From contig JBMNJT010000004.1 of NCBI GenBank assembly GCA_050951805.1, positions 1 through 64,000 of the forward strand: a DNA stretch of 64,000 nucleotides. Direction: 5' to 3'. The notes under the pieces are model-generated. The model was not told the origin of the DNA and searched no databases. It was given only the letters and a program-made list of their open reading frames with translations. The position numbers and the translations under genes are program-made. Positions 11,106 to 19,973 of this stretch are shown here, one piece after another (position 1 is the first letter of the stretch; every line of letters begins with the position of its first letter). The DNA is from Bacillota bacterium (GTDB taxonomy: Bacteria; Bacillota; DTU025).

Positions 11106-11173
11106 GCTGAGGGCCTCTTCCCCTTCTTCGATGCATTGATGTATTGCATCGTCGGGGCATCGAGGCCCTCAGC
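11106..11173 (-). terminator. Long hairpin downstream of the SPOCS/LysM gene
   Basis: gctgagggcctc...gaggccctcagc outer stem enclosing a cgatgca/tgcatcg inner stem. Confidence 0.5.
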
Positions 11174-11188
11174 GGCGGACGTGCGCTT

Positions 11189-12799
11189 CTACCGTCTGGT
11201 GGGGATATAGACCTTCTGCCCAGGAGTAACCTCCTCAGTAACTGACATTCCATTTGCAGCCGCTATACGGTCTGGAGGAACCCCGTATCTCCTTGCTATC
11301 CGGGCAAGGGTATCTCCGGGTCCAACCACGTAGAAAGTCATCGCGTAAGGATCAAGGGTCACAGGACTAATGGTCTCGGCCGAAGTCACCACTTGCAGTT
11401 CGACAGGTCGATAGACTTCCACGTCTACACGGAGCGAGCCCTCCACATCCAACCTGTTTGGCGCCGATTTTCCCACTACCACGGTGTGTGTCGAGGACCT
11501 TGGCTCCGCCCTGTCTCCCGCTCTGACCCCCGGAACTTCCGCAGAATCCGAAAACTCTATGGGGATATCGAGCGCGAAGTTGATTGGGAATTGTCCCTCT
11601 TCATCCTCGTCCACGTCGCTCAAGATTGCCCTGGCAGTGAGAAGTCCCCTCAGCGAAACCTCATCATCTGTGGTCTCTATGTCGGACAGCCCCAGTAATC
11701 CGATGCTGCCTTCAACATCCTCCATTCCGGTGAACGAATATCGCCTCATGAGCGCTTGAAGCGCAACCGAATCCTGCAGATCTAGATCGATCATGCCCTC
11801 TCCCACAAGCTTCTCCACTGTAATCCCCGCCGTATCGATATCCACTATCTCCTGGGTTTCAGAGTCGATATCAACGATGACCGACAGACGCTCTGATGAG
11901 ACCAAGTCCACGTCTACATCGAGGATGCCATCGATACTCACTTCAGCATCGGAAAGGAGGATCGCGGAAACATGGGAGAGCGCCAGCCGGGTTAGGGCAG
12001 TCATTCCCTTCTCAGCAGCGGGAACATCAAAAGACGCATGTATGGGGACGCGCTCAAATCGGAGTATGTTGAGAGCCGGAACCCCTCTGACAACGGTCGA
12101 AGCAATTTCCACAGAAACCTCAGCGTCAAGAGTTACCTTCCCGTCTCCAACCTGTATCCCGGTTACTCTGGCAGTTCCTGCCGCGCCACATGCCGATTCG
12201 CTCCCCAGGCAAGCCGCTTTTTCATCTGGGATACTAAGGATCTCGGAAAACTCGACCTTCTCCGAAAACGACTCATGTATGCTGGTTACATTTATCTCTT
12301 CGGAATGGACAGATATGCGTGACCCGCCTGTAGCCTCTGCGGACACAGCGGCCTCAACAACCTCGTCCCGCAAAGCTCTTGCTGAAGCCATGATAGTGGC
12401 AGCCAGGAGGAGCCCGCGTGTGCCGGTGGTTTCCACCTCCAACTGCGATAGGGTAAGATCCACTTTAACCCTGTCCGAGACGGTGGCTCCCGGCGCCGGT
12501 ATCACCGCTTCAAACCTCGGCTCGGACATGACGGCCTTCCCGACAAAATCCGGGGCGCCTTTGGCCACATAGAACACGGTGGATTGCACGTAGCCTGTGA
12601 CTTTGATCTGCCCGTCCATGGGTTCCACTGAGGCCACAATCGGCACGCCCTGGGCCCACAGGATCGAATGGGCAGAATCATCAGATATGTCCGGATGGTC
12701 CTGGGGTAATGCTACAGATCGCTGTAGGCTGATCTCAGCCATGCCTTGCGCAGCTACCCTCGTAATCGAGAGCTGCCTGTGCTCGAGCTGAATTCCCAC
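11189..12799 (-). CDS. SPOCS (DUF3794) repeat protein with C-terminal LysM; SipL-like spore coat morphogenetic protein
   Basis: Three repeated beta-rich units; C-terminal LysM YVVGPGDTLARIARRYGV...IAAANG...PGQKVYIP; located near veg/yabG. Confidence 0.8.
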   Translation of the reverse strand: MGIQLEHRQLSITRVAAQGMAEISLQRSVALPQDHPDISDDSAHSILWAQGVPIVASVEPMDGQIKVTGYVQSTVFYVAKGAPDFVGKAVMSEPRFEAVIPAPGATVSDRVKVDLTLSQLEVETTGTRGLLLAATIMASARALRDEVVEAAVSAEATGGSRISVHSEEINVTSIHESFSEKVEFSEILSIPDEKAACLGSESACGAAGTARVTGIQVGDGKVTLDAEVSVEIASTVVRGVPALNILRFERVPIHASFDVPAAEKGMTALTRLALSHVSAILLSDAEVSIDGILDVDVDLVSSERLSVIVDIDSETQEIVDIDTAGITVEKLVGEGMIDLDLQDSVALQALMRRYSFTGMEDVEGSIGLLGLSDIETTDDEVSLRGLLTARAILSDVDEDEEGQFPINFALDIPIEFSDSAEVPGVRAGDRAEPRSSTHTVVVGKSAPNRLDVEGSLRVDVEVYRPVELQVVTSAETISPVTLDPYAMTFYVVGPGDTLARIARRYGVPPDRIAAANGMSVTEEVTPGQKVYIPTRR

Positions 12800-12845
12800 T
12801 TCTTCCTCCCCCCTGGCGATGGCGGGTCAGTCCGCCCTCTGCCAG

Positions 12846-12874
12846 AGTATATGCTACATGTCACATGATAATGA
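12846..12874 (-). promoter_or_regulatory. Putative sigma-E promoter of the SipL-like gene
   Basis: Minus strand TCATTAT-N14-CATATACT about 45 nt upstream of the start, matching the sigma-E consensus. Confidence 0.5.
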
Positions 12875-14330
12875 ACCTCCGGCACACCTCATCAAGGACT
12901 TGCTCCCTGGCATCCCGGGCGCCCTTGAAAACGACGCCCAGTATGTTAAGCCTGTTGACTGCGTGCAGTAATTTCCCGAGGCTCTCTGCATCCTCCTGCC
13001 ATATGCGCCTCACAACACCTCGAGCGCGGTAGGATAGATACGGGACCCGGCTAAACTCATCCCTTCCGCCTCTCACTACGTGTCTGGCCATGAACGTTCT
13101 TAGCTCCTCTTGGCTCATGGGCACTTGTCCGTCCGGTTCCTGCCGATATGCCCGAAGCTCCACCACAACCGCCAGTTTCCATCTGGGGACATGCCTACAT
13201 GCCAACACAATACTGTCCCAAAATGCAGATCGGTCCGCAATATCGAGCAATACCAGATCTGCGAGGGAACCGAGCAGCTCTACATCGTATCCATTAGGCC
13301 ACGGCAAACGCCTTTCGGGTGCAAAAGAGCCCTGAAAATTGACTTGGCCATCGGCCTGCCAAAACGGCGCAGGGATGATTACCGCAAGCTTCATCCCTAG
13401 CCTGTGGCATTCCCGCGAAAGGCAACGAACAAACCGCGAATACATGGAACACTCATCGTCGCCGAGCCCAGGGAGGTTTACGGCTACCCCCACCGCACCC
13501 GATGCGGCTGCTTCCCTGGCAATGGAGCAAGTCGTGGAAACCATGGCCGCCCGGCCGCTTCTGAGCAATGCCAAGGTTCCACAGTTGATATCAGCGGGGC
13601 CCGAAAGCATGGCAAAGAACTGAGTGCCCCCGGGGCGCCGCACCGTCTTCGCGGCGGCTGCAGACTCACGGGCTCCGGGTAGAAACTGAACGGATGATCC
13701 TACGGGCGATCCATGATCTGCGTGCCTTTCTTTGGCAACTGGAATAGCTAAAGGCTCTGCCCCCTGCTTCCTCCCGCGCAAAGACCTGGATACCCTGATA
13801 GAGTCCACGCGGCCATTTTCTCGTTCGGTAAGGCCCACCGCGAGCGGCGAAGGACTCATAACCGAGCGCACCTCGCCGGTGTCGGCGATGGCGAACATGG
13901 GAAATAGGGCAAAAGTCCACGGCAGTTCGAAAGTGATGTCCAGATCCACAGTGCCCCCCTCGGCACCAGCCAAAGGATACATGAACGCGCCTACAGCTCG
14001 TTTGTGAACCATGAGCCTTTCGCCTGGAAACACATCTTCATAGCGTTTGCGCCGGTTGCCCTCTACCAAAGCCTCAACGGTGGTTCCCAGAGCTCGAGCT
14101 ACACCCGATAGGGACTGGCCTTCTACAGCCCTCACCGTAACCCGGCATGAAGGCAAATCCTGGCTAAGCAGCCTTTTAATCTCGGGCCCCAGAACACCGT
14201 CGGCCACGAGCCTGTAGGCTGCCTGGCATTGGCGCACCGCGTCCCTGGTAAAGGGCCCATACTTTCCGTCGCAGGGGCCAGGGTCAAATCCCAGGCACGT
14301 CAGCCTGGCTTGAACCTTTGTGGTGCTCAT
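12861..14330 (-). CDS. Peptidoglycan-binding + LysM + degenerate GH18 domain protein (YdhD/SleL-like)
   Basis: VQARL..LGFDPGPCDGKYGPFTRDAVRQCQ...DGVLGP (PG_binding_1); LysM-like GQSLSGVARALG; GH18-like GYDVELLGSLADLV; ATGA overlap with the upstream gene. Confidence 0.72.
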   Translation of the reverse strand: MSTTKVQARLTCLGFDPGPCDGKYGPFTRDAVRQCQAAYRLVADGVLGPEIKRLLSQDLPSCRVTVRAVEGQSLSGVARALGTTVEALVEGNRRKRYEDVFPGERLMVHKRAVGAFMYPLAGAEGGTVDLDITFELPWTFALFPMFAIADTGEVRSVMSPSPLAVGLTERENGRVDSIRVSRSLRGRKQGAEPLAIPVAKERHADHGSPVGSSVQFLPGARESAAAAKTVRRPGGTQFFAMLSGPADINCGTLALLRSGRAAMVSTTCSIAREAAASGAVGVAVNLPGLGDDECSMYSRFVRCLSRECHRLGMKLAVIIPAPFWQADGQVNFQGSFAPERRLPWPNGYDVELLGSLADLVLLDIADRSAFWDSIVLACRHVPRWKLAVVVELRAYRQEPDGQVPMSQEELRTFMARHVVRGGRDEFSRVPYLSYRARGVVRRIWQEDAESLGKLLHAVNRLNILGVVFKGARDAREQVLDEVCRRFIIM

Positions 14331-15346
14331 GCGAGGAAAAAGTGGTTGCCATATATCCATGGCACGTATCTCCCATAAACGCGACGCTTGACTTCGACAC
14401 GATATACTCCAGGCGATTCCAATGCCGCCTCGAGGTCCACGCCCTTTTCTTCTAAAATCACATCGCCGTTATGGATGATGCGGATCAGCCCCGGCTCTGG
14501 CGCATGAACATTGAGGCAGGCTCCACGAGAAAGGCACGCCCTCCCGCCCATCTGAACAGCATTGTCGCCGCACACTACCTCACATTTGAATCCGCTGGCC
14601 TTCGCCACCTTGTCCGCCCCCACGAAGCAACGGCCGGCCCGAAGCGCCTCATACACTAGGGCGATGTCGTGCGCAGCGTCATAGTTAAAGGCCTCTTTTG
14701 CTAGAATGTATGTGCAGACCGTTTTGAAATCATCAGAGTACCGGCTGAGCAATCCATGGCTATCAGTTCCTCCTATCCCGATGATCCTCCGAGATTGGCT
14801 AAGGCTGTAGCGGTCCCATGTATCAAGGACGTCCTGTATTGGTCCGGCTTTCGCGGCTTTTGGAAACAGAACGTAGAAAATGAGTTCAAAGATGTTCTTT
14901 GCTTTTCCCGTAATGTCATAGGTGTGGTTCCATATCTCGATTCCGTCAAACGGGCCTGCGTCCCAATCCGTCCACGGGTACTCTAAATACTCGCCCTTCA
15001 CGACAGCACCGCCCGTAGGATGGGCAATTATGCCGATACCCCCCGCTTTCCGAACTGCTGCAATGTTCTTAGACGGGTCATCGGACGGATCAATGGCGCA
15101 GGGGATATCAAGGGCCAGGTAATGGTCGGCTTTTGTCTTGGGGGTAATTTCCTCGCCAACGGCGAGGAGGCAACAGTCATGCCACCCTTCGTATCCCCTG
15201 AGCTTTGCTTCTATAGTGTTATGGTCGGTGAGAATCAGGAAGTCGACATCGGCATGATTTGCCTCTAGCATGATCTGGTCGATGTCGCCGCGTCCATCCG
15301 AAAAAGTGCTATGGACGTGGATTACGCCACGATATTCGTGGGTCAC
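14327..15346 (-). CDS. PHP-domain metallohydrolase (CehA/McbA-like)
   Basis: HVHSTFSDG, TDHN, GEEIT, AHP, IEIWN and GGTDSH metal-binding motifs. Confidence 0.85.
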   Translation of the reverse strand: MTHEYRGVIHVHSTFSDGRGDIDQIMLEANHADVDFLILTDHNTIEAKLRGYEGWHDCCLLAVGEEITPKTKADHYLALDIPCAIDPSDDPSKNIAAVRKAGGIGIIAHPTGGAVVKGEYLEYPWTDWDAGPFDGIEIWNHTYDITGKAKNIFELIFYVLFPKAAKAGPIQDVLDTWDRYSLSQSRRIIGIGGTDSHGLLSRYSDDFKTVCTYILAKEAFNYDAAHDIALVYEALRAGRCFVGADKVAKASGFKCEVVCGDNAVQMGGRACLSRGACLNVHAPEPGLIRIIHNGDVILEEKGVDLEAALESPGVYRVEVKRRVYGRYVPWIYGNHFFLA

Positions 15347-15419
15347 CTCAATCGCTCCTCTGCAGCAGACTCGCTGTATACCGCAGACTATCTATATTCC
15401 ACAGGAGCGATTTCCGTGA

Positions 15420-15462
15420 AAAAAGAGCAAACCTCCTTCCATAAATACACGGAAAGGAGGTT
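15420..15462 (-). terminator. Rho-independent terminator downstream of veg
   Basis: Minus strand aacctcctttcc...ggaaggaggtt stem followed by tgctcttttt. Confidence 0.7.
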
Positions 15463-15598
15463 ATCATTGAAACCGGCACGCCCCTACCGGAGCGGAGACA
15501 CCAACAGAGGAGCCGGCATGTGCGTTTTCTGCCCTTATCAGGACATGTGCAGCATTCTTGCGTTCAAGCCTCAGCCTAGACGTGATCAGCAAAGGCAG

Positions 15599-15886
15599 TT
15601 ATGATCCTGCACACCCTATCCTGGTTTCCATGCCCTTGTTCTTAACCCTTACTTCGACGGTAGATGTGAGCACATCAGCGTAAGTATATGATACCCGTTT
15701 CACGCTCCGCGGGTCCTCATCTATACGCACAACGAAAACCCTAGGATAAGTTTGTTCCAATACGCCTTCGGCCTCAAGGATTTTTTTGCGGCCCTGGTTC
15801 GCGCGAAGCTTAACAGGCTTGCCTACAAAAGAATCAAGATCTTCTCTGATCCTGTCCAGGACATTATTGCCCGCCAACGCCTTCAC
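15599..15886 (-). CDS. veg: Veg family protein
   Basis: ANQGRKK...GVLEQTYPRVFVV...RVSYTYADVLT; conserved position after yabG. Confidence 0.92.
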   Translation of the reverse strand: MKALAGNNVLDRIREDLDSFVGKPVKLRANQGRKKILEAEGVLEQTYPRVFVVRIDEDPRSVKRVSYTYADVLTSTVEVRVKNKGMETRIGCAGS

Positions 15887-15912
15887 CTTCCTTTCAAGCC
15901 TCAGCTTTTGTT

Positions 15913-15983
15913 ATTCTATCACGGATGAGGTATAAAGTCAAGTAAAGTGAATTAGTATATCAAACGGCTTGGCTTAATGTCAA
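15913..15983 (-). promoter_or_regulatory. Tandem sigma-A promoters of veg
   Basis: TTGACT-N17-TAGAAT (15941-15913) and TTGACA-N18-TATACT (15983-15954). Confidence 0.65.
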
Positions 15984-16284
15984 GGTCCGTTTTGTGGCTG
16001 CGAAATTGAACATAGCTGGAAATCAGTATTATGAAGCTGTTGGGGCTGCAATGGGACATGCCGGCGATCAGGGGCGCAGTTGCCAAAACCTCTCTTACCC
16101 CGAGCTCGAAAAAGATGCTGCGAAGTTTATCCGCTGCTAAGAGCGGTTTGGCTCAGCTCCCTGTTGCACCTGTCTTCGCTGTTCCGATACGTCCAAGTTC
16201 GTTGCGCAAAGCATCTCTGTAAATCACACCCTTGCCTTTCTCGAGCATGTAAAGCCCTTTGCTTTGGCGTCGGCGGGCACAAGG

Positions 16285-16380
16285 TAAAGATGATGCCGGT
16301 TCCGTGAGGCCTTGCATGGATGTACACCCGTTGGGTAGCGGGACTTCTTCCAGTCGGTCGACTCAACAGACTTGCCGGGC
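16285..16380 (-). mobile_element. Degenerate 5' remnant of an older group IIC intron
   Basis: GCCCGGCAAGTCTGTTGAGTCGACCGACTGGAAGAAGTCC... matches about 40 of 50 nt of the 5' end of the adjacent intact intron (hand alignment); no domain V found downstream. Confidence 0.75.
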
Positions 16381-17245
16381 ATCGAGTAGGGTGGCGCCAG
16401 GTAATCAGCCTGGCGTCATCCCTCTCACAGAACCGTGCGTACGGGCCCCGTACACGGCTCCTGGCAAACCTTAGTCACTTCGCTTCATAGAAGAGATGCA
16501 AGACGCCGACCTCATACTTCGTGAGGTCAATTCATCTCGCCGTGCTTCCTTGGCCATCAAGCTTGCATGGTTGCAGTTTCTTCCCAAGGCTTGCGAGGCG
16601 TCTCTAGCTCTAAGGCAATCTACCCCGCGAAACTTTGATACTCTGCTGAGCGGGCGCAGGGACCAGCAGACTCGTCGCCCCCGGCTCCCCCGTTCCCATC
16701 GGCATTTCAGCCTCTGTTATCTCTCCCCCATGCTTGCCTGTAACTAGGTTGCACGCTTTGGTTTGCCTTCGTCCCTTCGCAACTGCATAGGCTTTTGGCC
16801 TATGCAGCCCAGCAGCTCTAGGCCGCTGTCCCCTCAGTTTTATCCTCCGGTCTGTTGCCAGCTTTCATGGGCTGAGGGTTCATAACTACTACGGACTCAT
16901 CTGCCACCCCACACCACATATTCCCATCTTCGCGTCTCCGCTTGTTTGGGCTTACCAGCTATCTGGATGATGCAGGGCTTCCCCGGTTAAGTTTGTCTGC
17001 CTGAACACGAACCCGTCCGTCAAAACCCCCCAGGTTATCCAGCTTTCGGGCTTTCCCATACTTCGCAAGGTTACCCACCTGACAGGCCAACTTCGGTTCG
17101 CTTTCGCTACGTTCCGTGTTCCCCCTTAAAGCTTCCTTCAGACCCCGCCGTTACCAGCGACGCCCTTGCCTTGGGGTTGTCTTCCCGCTGGTTAGGTGAC
17201 AGGACTTCTTTCAGTCCATCGGCTCAACAAACATGCCGGGCGAAC
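16381..17245 (-). mobile_element. ORF-less group IIC intron ribozyme (865 nt)
   Basis: 5' end GTTCGCCCGGCATG; IIC domain I landmarks GCAAGGGCGTC...TCTGAAGGAAGC and CTTAACCGGGGAAG; domain IV closed by GGCAAACC/GGTTTGCC (16767-16463); short domain V GAGCCGTGTACGGGGCCCGTACGCACGGTTC (16460-16430); domain VI ending CCCTACTCGAT; inserted just after a terminator hairpin. Confidence 0.9.
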
Positions 17246-17253
17246 GAACAAGC

Positions 17254-17284
17254 AAGCTCCAGACATAGATTTTCTCTGGAGCTT
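17254..17284 (-). terminator. yabG terminator hairpin, also the IIC intron target structure
   Basis: 10-bp stem AAGCTCCAGA/TCTGGAGCTT, 8 nt before the intron 5' end. Confidence 0.8.
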
Positions 17285-17347
17285 CCTCATGCGCTGCCTG
17301 ACTCACATCAGTCAACGTTAGATTCCTCTGGCTATTCCGTGCAAACG

Positions 17348-18301
17348 TCAAGGCATGTAGTTTCTAGCTGATTGATTGTCCCTGTTCGCGCCTGCCCCAA
17401 AAACCCCCATGGGCGTCTTGGGCATGCTCGTGCGCATTTTCCCCCTAGTCTGAATCCCACCCACGCCAGGCCGCTTGGTTATTGTATTTTCTATGGCCTC
17501 TTCTATCCTGATGATCTCCTCCACAGGCGTGTTCACCACTTTCTCCGCCAATAGGACTGGATCGAGGCAGTGGATCAACACCCTCCCGGGTGAACTTGCG
17601 AAGTTGGCACCCGCCTCCATCAAGGCCTCATAAAACGACTGGCATGCCCCTGCAATGATCACAAGGCCATCTTTGTCCATCTCGTGTTGTCTGGCCACAC
17701 GAACTGCGTTCACGTATGCTTCCGAATTCCAGTAACTGCTCATTGAAGCGCGATCAGAATTCTTTTTTTTAAGAGCATCGTGGCCAGTAAGAACCAGCAC
17801 ATCAGGTGAATGCTCATCGAGCAATGGACCAACGGCCGCAGTCTGATCTTGAGGGGGAACATGTTCTCCCACGACAGGAACTCCTAGTTCCTTATAGTAT
17901 TTCATGCAATCCCTAAGGTAATCGGCATCCCCATCTATGTGAAGCACCCTGCCCGGAAGGTCAAAGATATCCTCGGCCAAAGTAGCTGCCCCTCTCGATC
18001 GCCTGCGTTCCTTCTTGTATCTCGTCTGTTCCTCGGTTATCCTCCGCACACGCACCGTTCTGAGATGTTCTGCCGATTCACGCATCACCTTCCGCTTGAA
18101 ATCGAGTAGTTGACGTTCTTCTACAATAGACAAATCCGATATTGGAGCGTCTGCAAGGAGGCGCATATTCAACCCTTTCAGGGTTGCGGTTGCATCGCCC
18201 ACGGCATATGAGTCAACCCGAATTACCTGAAAGAAGACGTCGCCCCCGTATGACTTCCGGGTGACTATGTCGCCTTCTCGAATTCTGTTTCTGTTAGCCA
18301 A
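17348..18301 (-). CDS. yabG: Sporulation peptidase YabG
   Basis: GDIVTRKSYGGDVFF, RLLADAP, PGRVLHIDGD, LVLTGHD, AGACQS, AGANFASSP; TTG start after AAGGAGG. Confidence 0.95.
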   Translation of the reverse strand: MANRNRIREGDIVTRKSYGGDVFFQVIRVDSYAVGDATATLKGLNMRLLADAPISDLSIVEERQLLDFKRKVMRESAEHLRTVRVRRITEEQTRYKKERRRSRGAATLAEDIFDLPGRVLHIDGDADYLRDCMKYYKELGVPVVGEHVPPQDQTAAVGPLLDEHSPDVLVLTGHDALKKKNSDRASMSSYWNSEAYVNAVRVARQHEMDKDGLVIIAGACQSFYEALMEAGANFASSPGRVLIHCLDPVLLAEKVVNTPVEEIIRIEEAIENTITKRPGVGGIQTRGKMRTSMPKTPMGVFGAGANRDNQSARNYMP

Positions 18302-18595
18302 GGGCCCTTCCCTCCTTTTCCAGGAACTGATCGAATCTTCGCTATGGACCTCGCCCATCGCAAAAGCGTGCCATAAGCGTACCCTGTTTAAACAACGATC
18401 TTCAGTTCCCGTTCAGGATATGTGGGATAAGGGTAAGGAGAAACGTGCCGAGATGCACAGAGTTTAGCGCTTGCAAGCATACAAGCCCCAGGCATAATCG
18501 AAGGTTTTGGAGAACATGGAAGAGCGCTGATACAGCCTTGGCTGTTCAGAGAGTGTGCCAAAACATGGGGACATGGACGCGGATCGGAAAGCAGC

Positions 18596-19069
18596 CTACC
18601 GGGTGTGCTTGTCGGCCACCTTCGAGGCACCATAGGAATCTGGCTTTATACGGGCGGAAAACCCGGTTCCGCTAATCATCCCGACTATGTCGCGGATAAG
18701 CTCCTTCGTCTTGCCATTAACGCCAACATCCAAATGTATCTCGATGTTGACATCGGCATATCCGTTTTCCGCAAGCTTGTGGGCAACCTGGCTGGCAAGG
18801 TCGAGGCTCTTTGACGCCTCATAAAAGATCCGTTGTCTGAGGCCTGTGCCAATAGTCTCGTGCTCGCGACAGTAGTAATAGCGGGCCCCACGTCCGACCC
18901 TGTGGATCACTATCGCGCTGACAAAGCAGGTGTCACCGTTCACCTGGGAATCCGTTCCAATGATCAGCTTGTATTCTTCATCCGGCATGTCATGGACAAA
19001 CGCCATGATGTCATCGAATGTCTCTTCGAATGTAAGGCGTCCTTTAGTAGGACTTATGAAGTATTTCAA
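18596..19069 (-). CDS. Ribonuclease H-like YkuK family protein (DUF458)
   Basis: IIGTDSQ, AIVIHRVGRG, IFYEASKS, IHLDVG.NGKT, IKPDSYGASKVADKHT. Confidence 0.85.
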   Translation of the reverse strand: MKYFISPTKGRLTFEETFDDIMAFVHDMPDEEYKLIIGTDSQVNGDTCFVSAIVIHRVGRGARYYYCREHETIGTGLRQRIFYEASKSLDLASQVAHKLAENGYADVNIEIHLDVGVNGKTKELIRDIVGMISGTGFSARIKPDSYGASKVADKHTR

Positions 19070-19893
19070 CCGTTTTCACCTGCCCTGTATGCGACGTATG
19101 CACGCGATATCGCCGCAAATTCCTCTAAGGAGAGGGTCTCTGCACGCCTTCCTCCATCGACAGACGCGCATGAAAGGACTTCTTCAACAGCATCTCTGTC
19201 TCCTGCAAACAAATGGGATGCAAGCAGTGCATTCCTGAGAGTCTTACGGCGCTTGCCATACCCCGCGCTCACGATGGAGAACATCATGTCCGCATCTGCC
19301 TCAACAGGAGGCACCGACCTCATAGTCATCTGGACCACAGCAGAGCGAACCGAGGGAGGCGGATCGAACGCTGTTGGAGGCACTTCAAAGAGCAAAACGG
19401 GTTCAGTGAAATACTGAGTCTTCACGGAAAGCTCGCCATAGGCTCTCGAACCAGGCTTAGCCGTGAGCTTCTGGGCGACCTCCAATTGCACCATTAGGGT
19501 TAGCATCGCGAAAAGCCCCGGATCCAAAAAGAGCTTGTTCAGGATCGGAGTAGTGATGTAATAGGGAAGGTTGGCGACGACTTTAGCCTGGCGATGCTCT
19601 GGCAAGCCCTGAGAATGCGTGCGGACAATCGCACCTAGGTCGCAGGAGAGAACGTCAGCATGGATGATGTAGACATTCTCCGCCCCTTTGAACATTCGTC
19701 TCAGGTCGCGCACGAGCCCCGGATCAACCTCTATCGCAGCCAACACGCCCGCCCTCTGTGCAAGAGGCCGTGTAAGCACACCCCTGCCCGGACCGATCTC
19801 AACCACCAGATCGCTGGAACAAACCTTAGCGCAGTCAATTATAGAATCCCTAACGTGTGTGTCGACGAGAAAATTTTGCCCTAAACCTCTCAT
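19066..19893 (-). CDS. rsmA: 16S rRNA m6,2A dimethyltransferase RsmA/KsgA
   Basis: LGQNFL, VEIGPGRG, VVANLPYYITTP, FDPPPSVRSAV, KRRKTLRN. Confidence 0.96.
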   Translation of the reverse strand: MRGLGQNFLVDTHVRDSIIDCAKVCSSDLVVEIGPGRGVLTRPLAQRAGVLAAIEVDPGLVRDLRRMFKGAENVYIIHADVLSCDLGAIVRTHSQGLPEHRQAKVVANLPYYITTPILNKLFLDPGLFAMLTLMVQLEVAQKLTAKPGSRAYGELSVKTQYFTEPVLLFEVPPTAFDPPPSVRSAVVQMTMRSVPPVEADADMMFSIVSAGYGKRRKTLRNALLASHLFAGDRDAVEEVLSCASVDGGRRAETLSLEEFAAISRAYVAYRAGENG

Positions 19894-19899
19894 ACTTGT

Positions 19900-19910
19900 A
19901 TTCTACCACA
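19900..19910 (-). promoter_or_regulatory. Extended -10 element directly before the rsmA ATG (leaderless configuration)
   Basis: TGTGGTAGAAT, then 6 nt, then ATG; no Shine-Dalgarno sequence. Confidence 0.55.
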
Positions 19911-19936
19911 TTACAGCCTGGAAGAATATATGGAAA

Positions 19937-19956
19937 GCCGGCTCATGTGAGCCGGC
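19937..19956 (-). terminator. Terminator hairpin downstream of yabE
   Basis: gccggctca-tg-tgagccggc inverted repeat. Confidence 0.6.
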
Positions 19957-19973
19957 AACATTTTTACTCTTTT

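Noticed and set aside
16496-16747. 83-aa + strand ORF inside intron domain IV as a possible maturase
   Set aside because: It is antisense to the intron and has no RT or YADD motifs.
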